This document shows, one piece after another, positions 31,856 through 40,298 of a stretch of 64,000 nucleotides of DNA. The translations under genes and the position numbers were made by a program. The DNA is taken from positions 5,417-69,416 of the forward strand of contig JABHCP010000011.1 in NCBI GenBank assembly GCA_018673485.1. The letters run 5' to 3'. This DNA is from Candidatus Uhrbacteria bacterium (GTDB taxonomy: Bacteria; Patescibacteriota; Patescibacteriia; UBA9934). Below the pieces are notes generated by a model that made no database searches, had not been told where the DNA came from, and saw nothing but the letters and a program-made list of their open reading frames with translations. Every line of letters starts with the position of its first letter. Positions within the stretch are counted from its first letter, which is position 1.

Positions 31856-32134
31856 TTAAAACATCACTACTTTATATTCATCTGTAATTAATCGGCCACC
31901 TTCGCAGCTATAACAGGGCAGGTCATATTCCGTTGACATATATTCACCACCACAAAATTTGCAAACATCAGCCTCTCCTTTTTCAATTTTGGATTTTTTA
32001 TAACAATCTAGGCAATATTTTTGCTCCATCGCTTTTCCATGTACTTCCACTAGCATAGTTTCCCGTTCACTCCTTTGTGAAAGTGTTAGTTGCGATTTGC
32101 ATTTATTGCATTTATATATTTGTGTACTTGCCAT
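31856..32134 (-). CDS. Small Zn-ribbon protein
   Basis: Four CxxC pairs. Confidence 0.6.
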   Translation of the reverse strand: MASTQIYKCNKCKSQLTLSQRSERETMLVEVHGKAMEQKYCLDCYKKSKIEKGEADVCKFCGGEYMSTEYDLPCYSCEGGRLITDEYKVVMF

Positions 32135-32209
32135 ATAGTTTATAGTCCCGCATTTTTAATTATAAATCAAACAAACCTACAGAATACCGGCTCTAATTCT
32201 TGCCAGTTA

Positions 32210-32241
32210 ACAGTTCTGAACCCGTTCAGTATTCGGAGCCA
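32210..32241 (+). repeat. att-like repeat R1
   Basis: ACAGTTCTGAACCCGTTCAGTATTCGGAGCCA. Confidence 0.85.
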
Positions 32242-32305
32242 GTGGGACTCGAACTAGTAATGGTTCGAGTTTTGCTTTATAGTTAGAAAAGAATTTAGAT
32301 CTGAA

Positions 32306-32887
32306 ATGAATTTTATGAAAATACTCGACCATTTATCAAGTAATTGGACCAGACTTTCTACCGCAAAGAAAATGCTGGTTATTTTCTTGTTTGTGCTATT
32401 TTTTCTAAATTCTAATATTACAGCAATAAATCGTGGCCCATGCGTTTCATCACCTTGTGGCGGTGAAAGTTTTAGTTTTTCAGATTCAATGGTCGATATA
32501 GGTAGTAATCCGAGTTATTACATTCACACCGAATCAAACCCAATTCTTGCCCCTACTTCGTTGTTGTTATTATTAACCCCCTATGAAAAAGAGGTTGGAT
32601 TTAGTTTTCTGCAATTTCTTGCTATCGGGTTTGACAACAATCCAGATCATGAAATCGATAAAGCAGATGATGAGAACCGGGCAAGAGTAGCTTACATATT
32701 AGTTAAGGCAATTATCTTACTAAGTTTTCCATTTTGGCTGCTCGTTTCATTGTTGATTGTTAAGAAATGGTATTTCATCGTTCCTGCAATACTAGTTCTA
32801 TTTATAATTTCGTTTTTATCATTCTTCAATTTGTTTGTAATTTCTGATATGGGGGTAACAACAGCAACGTGGAACTGGCTATTTTGA
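32306..32887 (+). CDS. Membrane protein (unit between R1 and R2)
   Basis: N- and C-terminal TM segments. Confidence 0.65.
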   Translation: MNFMKILDHLSSNWTRLSTAKKMLVIFLFVLFFLNSNITAINRGPCVSSPCGGESFSFSDSMVDIGSNPSYYIHTESNPILAPTSLLLLLTPYEKEVGFSFLQFLAIGFDNNPDHEIDKADDENRARVAYILVKAIILLSFPFWLLVSLLIVKKWYFIVPAILVLFIISFLSFFNLFVISDMGVTTATWNWLF

Positions 32888-32937
32888 TTTATAGATTTGA
32901 TACTTGATTAATTGCAAGCTCAAGCTGATCCCATCTC

Positions 32938-32969
32938 ACCGTCCTGAACCCGTTCAGTATTCGAGGCCA
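32938..32969 (+). repeat. att-like repeat R2
   Basis: ACCGTCCTGAACCCGTTCAGTATTCGAGGCCA. Confidence 0.85.
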
Positions 32970-33070
32970 ACGATAAGCCTCAGTTTTCACTGAGGTTTTT
33001 CGTTTATAAATCCACTGACCCCGGATGGGGTTCGAACTGTGATAGAATTATTTGTGAAATATAATCATTT

Positions 33071-34270
33071 ATGAAAAATTCAGAAATACAATCTTTCCAA
33101 CCTGAAAGTGGTGAATCTAAAAAAGAACTTCTTCCAGAGCAGAAACGTAGACTTTCAGAGGTTTGGGAAAGTGTTATATTGGGAACGGATAAAAAAACCG
33201 AGCAAGATGTTGAATCCTTGTCGTCAGTAGAATTAAGAGATTTGTTGCACGGGCTACTTATGCAAGAAGGTGAAGCTCTTCTTGAGGAATGGGGTATTCA
33301 AGTTGACGAGAGTTTGACTGAACGAATTCAACAAGAAGAAGATGAAGTAGAGAAGGCTCAGCTAGAACTGCATTACATTAGACAAATACACGAACAGATA
33401 GATGGGCTAGTGCAGGAATTTGACCGTTCCAAGCCTAAAAGTACAAAGTGGAATTCTTGGCCAGATAGAATGCGTGAGAAAAAAGAATTCAATTGTGTTG
33501 GTGCTATGTTATTAGGTTCTGCTTTACTTGAAAAAGCAGGAATACAGCAGTTTACGGGAAATCCCCCAAGTCATGTTGTAAATATCGTTCGTTTATCAAA
33601 TGGTGATTGGTGGTATGTTGATTTTATGAACGGAAAAAATAATGCACAGCGAATTGAACCAACTGAAAAAGAAATTGCTGGACATCGAGTATTGGATATT
33701 AATCATCCCACGATTGATTATCGTTTAATTCCAATAACACCAAAAGAGGAGGTTGGCACTTATGTAATTGGCAACTTGGCCAGTTTGCAAAAAGACGCTT
33801 ACGACGCAATCGATGATGAACAAAGTGATGATATTGAGGTTGAAGAGGCTGTTAAATATGCGAAGAAACACAATCTATTGGAAATGGATGATTTGAGTGA
33901 ATATGGTGCATATTTATTTCCTCACGATGTGCATATTAATGAAACAGCAGAAATGAAAGAGGAGTCAGTAAGGATTGAAAGAATTCATGACAGAGACGGC
34001 ATTGCAAAAGATTCTATCGCTGGATTGTCAAGAGAGAAAATCATAGAGATGATGCAAGAAATTTCTAAAAGAGAAAGTGAGATTAGAAAATTCTTTTATG
34101 AAGATGATGATTCTGTTATAGGAAAGGCTACACCAGAACTAAAAAAGTTTTTGAATACATATCGTGACGGTTTGGTAGATTTGAAGGAGTCACAACGGGA
34201 AGAATATGAAGAAGCGATAGAAAGGATGTTAAAAAAAGTTATTTTGTTTGTAGTAAAAGAGGAAGATTAA
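33071..34270 (+). CDS. Acidic protein with a putative transglutaminase/papain-like Cys-His-Asp core (unit between R2 and R3)
   Basis: FNCVG...SHVVN...WWYVD. Confidence 0.6.
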   Translation: MKNSEIQSFQPESGESKKELLPEQKRRLSEVWESVILGTDKKTEQDVESLSSVELRDLLHGLLMQEGEALLEEWGIQVDESLTERIQQEEDEVEKAQLELHYIRQIHEQIDGLVQEFDRSKPKSTKWNSWPDRMREKKEFNCVGAMLLGSALLEKAGIQQFTGNPPSHVVNIVRLSNGDWWYVDFMNGKNNAQRIEPTEKEIAGHRVLDINHPTIDYRLIPITPKEEVGTYVIGNLASLQKDAYDAIDDEQSDDIEVEEAVKYAKKHNLLEMDDLSEYGAYLFPHDVHINETAEMKEESVRIERIHDRDGIAKDSIAGLSREKIIEMMQEISKRESEIRKFFYEDDDSVIGKATPELKKFLNTYRDGLVDLKESQREEYEEAIERMLKKVILFVVKEED

Positions 34271-34334
34271 ACAGTAGTAAAAGGCATTTGCTGAAACCTA
34301 TCCATACTGATTTTAACTATTTTATAAATCCCAC

Positions 34335-34366
34335 ACAGTTCGGTAATCAGGTAATCCTTGGAGCCA
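34335..34366 (+). repeat. att-like repeat R3 (divergent)
   Basis: ACAGTTCGGTAATCAGGTAATCCTTGGAGCCA, same length; downstream 75 bp nearly identical to that after R4. Confidence 0.65.
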
Positions 34367-34441
34367 ATAATCCTGCGCTAATTTCAGTGGAGGATTTTTG
34401 ATACCCAAATGTAATTCAGAACTATGGTAAAATATTTGTGT

Positions 34442-35434
34442 ATGAATGAATTTTTGAAAAGTCCTGAAGCTAAAAAATCGGAGCCAGAAGTTAAGTTTTT
34501 CTTTTCAGCACATGGAACACCTGAAGACTATAGGGGTATCGAGCAGGCATTCAGTGAAGCTGATATTTACGTACTTGAATCTCATGCTTGGAAAGATGGC
34601 GATCTCGAAGAATTAAGATCAATCGCAAGTGGGGACACTGTCCCAACTCATATTAGTGAGGGACGAGAACCGAAGGATGCTATAGAATACGAGGAGGAGC
34701 TTTTATATAAGAGCGGAAAGCGGGTTGAGATCGTAGATGTGCCAATGGAGCATGAATTAGCTAATGAAGATGATGGCTCGAGCAAATACAATGATATTGT
34801 AGATCGGTTTGTAGCACAGGGGGATTTAAATAGCTCAGTAGAGAGCTTGCAGGATACGGCAAGGCAAAATGCTGACTACATAAAAAAGAAAGATGATTAT
34901 GTAGAAAAAGAACTCAAAAAACTCATAGACCAGATTGCAGACGAGTCCCCAGAGGCAAAGATACTTGTACAAATGGGTTCTTCACATTCGGGAATCTCGC
35001 ATAAATTAAGAAAAGAGGGCGTGGCTAAGCGAGTAATGAATGAAGTTCGTTATGATTTCAACGATGAGCTTTTACGAACTTTTCGCTTCAATAAGGAGCC
35101 GAATACGGAGTTAATTTCAAGATCATTAATTGAACAGACAATAAAACGATTCTTTTTTGATGAAATGATAAAGGTTCCATATTTATTAAGAAATAAATTT
35201 TTCAGAGATACTCTTTCGGACATTTCCACTGAACAAGTCCAACAAATGGGACAGATTATGGAGTCTAGATACTTTGACGAAATGATTATGGGAGGCGGTG
35301 ATGATACGCCCGAAACAAATAGAGTGATATTCGTCTATGCATGGGAGGCTGTGATAGGGTCTGATATAAATCTTCTAATATCCCAACTTGAAATGCAGGT
35401 CTCTAACGATGACAAGAAGGAAGATGATGTTTAG
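34442..35434 (+). CDS. Acidic protein, possible TraB/TIKI/EreA-ChaN-like fold (unit between R3 and R4)
   Basis: FSAH...DIYVLE...LVQMGSSH pattern. Confidence 0.55.
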   Translation: MNEFLKSPEAKKSEPEVKFFFSAHGTPEDYRGIEQAFSEADIYVLESHAWKDGDLEELRSIASGDTVPTHISEGREPKDAIEYEEELLYKSGKRVEIVDVPMEHELANEDDGSSKYNDIVDRFVAQGDLNSSVESLQDTARQNADYIKKKDDYVEKELKKLIDQIADESPEAKILVQMGSSHSGISHKLRKEGVAKRVMNEVRYDFNDELLRTFRFNKEPNTELISRSLIEQTIKRFFFDEMIKVPYLLRNKFFRDTLSDISTEQVQQMGQIMESRYFDEMIMGGGDDTPETNRVIFVYAWEAVIGSDINLLISQLEMQVSNDDKKEDDV

Positions 35435-35473
35435 GCGAATCGATGCATACTTTGATTAACTCTACCCCAATCA

Positions 35474-35505
35474 ACAGTCCTGAACCCGTTCAGTATTCGG
35501 AGCCA
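35474..35505 (+). repeat. att-like repeat R4
   Basis: ACAGTCCTGAACCCGTTCAGTATTCGGAGCCA followed by hairpin 35505-35538. Confidence 0.85.
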
Positions 35506-35579
35506 ATAATCCTTCGCTAATTTCAGCGGAGGATTATTTATACCAAAATATAATTCAGAACTGGTATAATATTTCGTGT

Positions 35580-36302
35580 ATGGATAAAAATAAGCACAAG
35601 ATGATAGTCACCGCATCCTTTTTTAGCATTTTTCTTCTTTGCATATTAAATATAGGAATTATTTTTCTCGATTCACATGTAAGCTTCTGGGAAATGAGCC
35701 TTATGGTTGGATTTATATTATTAATACAAAGTATCTATCTACTCACACGAACTAAATATATTAAGGTAATATTTTTCATTCTGCTTGTGGTAGTTTCAAT
35801 AACATTATTTTTTGTAAATTCGCCATGGAAATTAATCGATACCTCTCAAATGTACTGGATTTGGCAGTATGAGAATTTAGAACCATATTCTTTTACTTTA
35901 TCTGGGCTTGATTTTGAAGCCCCATGCCCCTCCAGCCCCACAATAACTGATACTCAATTTAATTGTGAGAATGGTTTATTGAAAATCGACGTTACTCAAG
36001 ACAACGGCTTTGCTTTTGCGCTTGCAAGTAATGGAGTGTCCATAGGTCATGCACCGATGACTTACCCAGTCCTACATGGAATGTCGCCATTTTCTAGCAT
36101 ATCACTGCATCTGGATGAAGATAATTGCATAACGGCATTACCCCTAATCGCATATGAAGATGTTAGAATTGATTTTTCAGCAAAAGTTTGCGGAGATGAA
36201 GGTGATACTAAGGGTGCAATAACCTCACTTTGGGAACAACGTGCCGAACCTTTAATGAAAGGGGTATCATTCCCAGATGGAGGATACATTTCGGAGTATT
36301 AG
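35580..36302 (+). CDS. Membrane protein with extracytoplasmic domain
   Basis: Three N-terminal TM segments. Confidence 0.6.
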   Translation: MDKNKHKMIVTASFFSIFLLCILNIGIIFLDSHVSFWEMSLMVGFILLIQSIYLLTRTKYIKVIFFILLVVVSITLFFVNSPWKLIDTSQMYWIWQYENLEPYSFTLSGLDFEAPCPSSPTITDTQFNCENGLLKIDVTQDNGFAFALASNGVSIGHAPMTYPVLHGMSPFSSISLHLDEDNCITALPLIAYEDVRIDFSAKVCGDEGDTKGAITSLWEQRAEPLMKGVSFPDGGYISEY

Positions 36303-36311
36303 ACTACATCA

Positions 36312-36929
36312 ATGATTAATATGACAAAGCAAATCAATAAAGTGAACTTCCTTATTCATCCTGGTTGGTTTTATGAATATGCAGTTCAAGATGCGGTGCA
36401 TTATGAAGGCAGTATAGATGAACAGGTTAGAGAAGCGGGTGAGAAGATGCTCGATAGTTATTTGAAACATGTGAAGAGCATTGGGGAAGATGAGATACTT
36501 TTTGTTTTCGCTACTTCATCAGTAGAAAGTATGTTGAACATGAAGGATGAGGGTTTTGGTAAGTCACTCGATACTCTGAGGGAAATAAAAGGTCAACTGG
36601 GAAGGCGTGCAATTATCATCACCGATCCTTTAATAGAAATTAGCAGTGGTGGCGAGAACGTATACAAGAAAGCAAGGCAAATGGCCTTAGCTAGAGGATT
36701 TGAATTTGGCAAGGATGTAACGAGTGAGGCATTTGGTGAGCAGTTGGGTAATTGTGTGGAAAATGGGGCAGAAAAATTCAATGAGATTGAAGGTTTTAGT
36801 ATAAAGACCCTTATTAGACCAGAGCTTTCTGACGCTCCCCATGAACTATTCGGTGAGTACGATCCCAAAGCTCATGAGAAGGAGATGCTCGAAGGTGAAG
36901 ATGGACTTAAAAGAGTTCGTTACAATTAG
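36312..36929 (+). CDS. Hypothetical protein
   Basis: 205-aa ORF; FLIHPG and GEQLGNCV motifs. Confidence 0.6.
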   Translation: MINMTKQINKVNFLIHPGWFYEYAVQDAVHYEGSIDEQVREAGEKMLDSYLKHVKSIGEDEILFVFATSSVESMLNMKDEGFGKSLDTLREIKGQLGRRAIIITDPLIEISSGGENVYKKARQMALARGFEFGKDVTSEAFGEQLGNCVENGAEKFNEIEGFSIKTLIRPELSDAPHELFGEYDPKAHEKEMLEGEDGLKRVRYN

Positions 36930-36944
36930 CCAATCAGCATTGAT

Positions 36945-37106
36945 ATGAATATTAAAATCAAAGTTTTACTTTTCATCTTAGCAATATTGACGGGTGTATT
37001 TATGTTCGTATATGCTGGAATAGATGACAGCCCAGGTGGGCAGTTAATCGGAGTCATAGTATCTATCTTTGGTGCCGTTAGTTTGATAGGGATTAAGAAT
37101 AAGTAA
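36945..37106 (+). CDS. Small 2-TM protein with DDSPGGQLIG motif (paralog 1; absent from ORF track)
   Basis: 53 aa; paralogous to 40122-40298. Confidence 0.75.
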   Translation: MNIKIKVLLFILAILTGVFMFVYAGIDDSPGGQLIGVIVSIFGAVSLIGIKNK

Positions 37107-37128
37107 GATTTCATTAAAGTAATGTTAT

Positions 37129-37785
37129 ATGAATAGGCGACAAAATGGCCATGATAGTTTCAAAAATCCAAACGATATTCATGACTCCACAACAAAGGAG
37201 GAGATTGAGCGCGAAGTAGATCAAGAAGTGCTCATGAAACAAGCCACCTTCGAGTTTGATGTGGAAGATTTGGATGCTAACAAGGCCAGGCTTTTAGAAA
37301 GTCTGGAGGCAGATATTTTGCGCATTCTTGAAGAATGGAATGTAGCAGTTGGTGATTTGCTGGAGCGCGAATCACGAATAAGTCCAAGGATGAGAGATTT
37401 TATTGAGAAGAGCAATCTTGATCTTCCAACGTTCACCGTTCAATTAAAAGAGCGGTCTGATGAATTTTTGAAAGAGGTGAGCATAGATGCTGAAATTGAT
37501 GATGGTAGTTTTTTGGTCACTTTCAACCTTCCTAAGCCAATGGGTCAATTTTGGTGGAAAGGTGGCGCCCATGAATGGGGTCAGGCCGCCAAAGATGTCC
37601 GTGAAATGGTTATTGAATGGGGGCGTATGTATAGACGTCTTATACCGATCGTATGGAGTGCAACAGATAATGCTGACGTTTACTATCAACGTATTAATCC
37701 GATTGGAATGCATGATCCTAAAAAATATTACTACATTTGGGAAATGAGCGATGAACCTGCGGACTCTTATGACGCAGATTGGTAA
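37129..37785 (+). CDS. Hypothetical acidic protein
   Basis: 218-aa ORF followed by terminator at about 37804-37841. Confidence 0.6.
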   Translation: MNRRQNGHDSFKNPNDIHDSTTKEEIEREVDQEVLMKQATFEFDVEDLDANKARLLESLEADILRILEEWNVAVGDLLERESRISPRMRDFIEKSNLDLPTFTVQLKERSDEFLKEVSIDAEIDDGSFLVTFNLPKPMGQFWWKGGAHEWGQAAKDVREMVIEWGRMYRRLIPIVWSATDNADVYYQRINPIGMHDPKKYYYIWEMSDEPADSYDADW

Positions 37786-37849
37786 TAGATTGGATATTTT
37801 AATAAACAAAAAAGATAGCATAAGGCCTATCTTTTTTGTTTATCCGTAA

Positions 37850-38995
37850 CTATTTAAGCTTTTGAACTTGGTCGTATAGTAGTCCGAGGATTGAGCCTAG
37901 AACTGTTACGTATACTATGCAAACTGCTAGCCAGCCGATAATAGGGATTAGTGTTAGTAATGACATTAGTACAACACCGAGTAGGATTCCGTACCATGTT
38001 ATCGCTGTGTTGCTTTGCTTTTTGAACATTCTAATGATCACATTACCAAGCACTGTACCCGTGTAAGCTGTGGCGATAATTGTCAGCAAGCATGCTGCTG
38101 GGGCGAGAGCTGTTGCAAAGGGCCAACCTATGGCGCTAATTAACAAGAGTATTGTTGCAACTGGCACAACGATAACTGTAACGAGCCCAGTCATGAGGCT
38201 GATTGCAAACTTCTTGGTAGAACGATCAGCAATTAATGATGCTGTCTTTGGCCACACTAATCCAACGATCATGCTAATAACTAATATACCGAGGAACTTA
38301 ATAAAAAGTGCGAGTGAGCTAAGTGCTGAGAGAGGTCCGCTAATGTCATCAAGGCCGAAGTCTGATTTAACATTTGTCGCGGCAACACTTTCAACAAAGA
38401 CAACTTCACTGATGTTTGCGTCACCAAAATCAACTTCTTCATCTGTGTGATAAGTCAAAATTCCATCAATCTGCGCTCCGGAACCGATTGTAATTTCGTC
38501 TACATATGCAACGACGTTTCCTAGCACTGTTCCGTTGATGATCGCACTTCCCGCGCCAAGAACCAGGTCGCCATGGATTGTCCCGTCGATAATTACAGCC
38601 GCTGCACCAATGTGCGCGTCACCTTGAACTTCCGAAGTTACCTGCACCAGACTTCCAGCTGCAAAAAGCTCATCTCCAATATTTCCACCTATAATAACGC
38701 TACTTCCTCCAATGCGGGCATCACCTGCAATGTCACCGGTAATAATAACTTGCGATCCAGCTGCAAAAAGGTCCTCTGACACATCGCTCGTCACGTTAAC
38801 ACTGGCACCGGCCACAAACACATCGCTACTCACGGGCGCTGATACGGTAACCATACTTGCCGCCACATAAACATCCTCAGACATCGCCTCATTCACCGAA
38901 ACCTGCTCTCCTGACTCAAAATACGCAGCTGACGCCGTTATTGGCAACGAGAGCGCGATAAAGAGCATCAGAGATACTTTCATTACATTCTTCAT
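37850..38995 (-). CDS. Secreted/membrane protein with bactofilin-like beta-helix repeats and C-terminal TM domain
   Basis: Signal peptide; D(L/V)F.AG..V.I.G repeats; IPIIGW in TM domain. Confidence 0.8.
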   Translation of the reverse strand: MKNVMKVSLMLFIALSLPITASAAYFESGEQVSVNEAMSEDVYVAASMVTVSAPVSSDVFVAGASVNVTSDVSEDLFAAGSQVIITGDIAGDARIGGSSVIIGGNIGDELFAAGSLVQVTSEVQGDAHIGAAAVIIDGTIHGDLVLGAGSAIINGTVLGNVVAYVDEITIGSGAQIDGILTYHTDEEVDFGDANISEVVFVESVAATNVKSDFGLDDISGPLSALSSLALFIKFLGILVISMIVGLVWPKTASLIADRSTKKFAISLMTGLVTVIVVPVATILLLISAIGWPFATALAPAACLLTIIATAYTGTVLGNVIIRMFKKQSNTAITWYGILLGVVLMSLLTLIPIIGWLAVCIVYVTVLGSILGLLYDQVQKLK

Positions 38996-39076
38996 ACAAT
39001 TTTTAAAGATTTATCTATGTATAAAAGTATAGCACTTATGTAATACGGAGCGCAGACTATGATAAAATGTATTCAT

Positions 39077-40108
39077 ATGAGAAAACTTTTTTCAGTTATT
39101 GGTATTAGTTCGATGATCATCCTTTCTGCTGTGTTTGCAGTAAATGCGAATGCTAATTCGAATGTTGATGGACGTATTCTTTTGCAGGTAGAAGAAAACG
39201 GAGAGGCTTGGTACGTGTTACCAGATACTAGCGAACGTTTTTATCTTGCCGATGGTGACATTGCCTATGCGGGACTTAGAACATTTGGGCTTGGTATCAC
39301 AAATAGTGACCTCGATAAGATTCCTGTGGGACTCGCGCTCGAGTCCGGTGGGGAAGACAGTGATGGTGACGGACTATCTGATCAACTCGAAGAAGCATTA
39401 CACAGTTCATTAACTGAAATTGATTCCGATCATGATGGGTATGATGATAAGACCGAAATCGAGGGTGGGTATAATCCGATAGCACTTGGTGCTATGGAGT
39501 TCGATAGTGAGCTCACCGAGCGACTCAAAGGTCAGATCCTGATTCAGGTTGAGGACTTGGGGCAAGCATGGTACCTGAATCCCGATGATGGGAAACGATA
39601 TTATATGAAAGACGGTGACGCAGCCTATGAGATCATGCGGTATTTGAGTTTAGGTATAACAAATGACGATCTTGCTACAATCACAACCGACAACAGTATG
39701 CTCGATTGCGGAGACAATAAGGCCTGCCTGGTATCCGCAGTTGAGAAAAATTACTGGGTGTCTGGTGATACCAGAATTATTAATGCAGGCGTATACATTT
39801 ATGACGTTATTTTCACGAACAATCAAACTTCGATTGATCCATACGAGGCAACCTTTACGATCGAGTTTGTAAATTGGGATTTTACAGAAGAATTTTATGA
39901 AGATTCGATTGGGTATGGAAAAACAGAGGAAGAAATTCGTGCGATGGTTCAAGAAGATAGCGCTGATTTATCTGGGTATATAGAGTCATGTAGTACGAAT
40001 GATAAAGACTCACTCCTTATATACGTTGAGAATTCGGACATCAATGAAATGTTTGATTCAATCTTGCAACCCGTAGACTTCGCAACATGCGTAGAACTCG
40101 TGTCTTGA
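39077..40108 (+). CDS. Secreted protein with GRILLQVE/AWY repeats and DxDxDG Ca-binding motifs
   Basis: Two GRILLQVEENGEAWY-like repeats; DSDGDGLSD, DSDHDGYDD. Confidence 0.75.
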   Translation: MRKLFSVIGISSMIILSAVFAVNANANSNVDGRILLQVEENGEAWYVLPDTSERFYLADGDIAYAGLRTFGLGITNSDLDKIPVGLALESGGEDSDGDGLSDQLEEALHSSLTEIDSDHDGYDDKTEIEGGYNPIALGAMEFDSELTERLKGQILIQVEDLGQAWYLNPDDGKRYYMKDGDAAYEIMRYLSLGITNDDLATITTDNSMLDCGDNKACLVSAVEKNYWVSGDTRIINAGVYIYDVIFTNNQTSIDPYEATFTIEFVNWDFTEEFYEDSIGYGKTEEEIRAMVQEDSADLSGYIESCSTNDKDSLLIYVENSDINEMFDSILQPVDFATCVELVS

Positions 40109-40121
40109 TAATATCGATCCT

Positions 40122-40298
40122 ATGAGTATAAAGATCAAAATTCCAATATTCATCTTGATGATGTTGCTCGGTGTGCTCATGTTCGTATACGCCGGAGTAG
40201 ACGATAGCCCCGGAGGGCAATTGATAGGAGTTGTCGTTGTTATCCTTGGGATCGTTGGTTTGGTAAGGATCATTATTCGATGGAAAAATAATAAATGA
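40122..40298 (+). CDS. Small 2-TM protein with DDSPGGQLIG motif (paralog 2)
   Basis: 58 aa; ATGA overlap with next gene. Confidence 0.75.
   Translation: MSIKIKIPIFILMMLLGVLMFVYAGVDDSPGGQLIGVVVVILGIVGLVRIIIRWKNNK

Larger units (their letters stand above)
23418..32241. mobile_element. Integrative element (~8.8 kb) at the tRNA-Asn 3' end
   Basis: 8-bp direct repeat CGGAGCCA at 23418-23425 and 32234-32241; carries recombinase, R-M pair, HTH and Rep. Confidence 0.8.

Noticed and set aside
34478-34487. Extra CGGAGCCA as a fifth att site
   Set aside because: Inside a coding region (SEPE), without the att arm or downstream hairpin; probably chance.
32210-35505. R1-R4 as a CRISPR array or classical integron attC sites
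   Set aside because: Intervals are 0.7-1.4 kb genes rather than 30-40 bp spacers; no cas or tyrosine integron-integrase gene is visible; no RYYYAAC...GTTRRRY structure.
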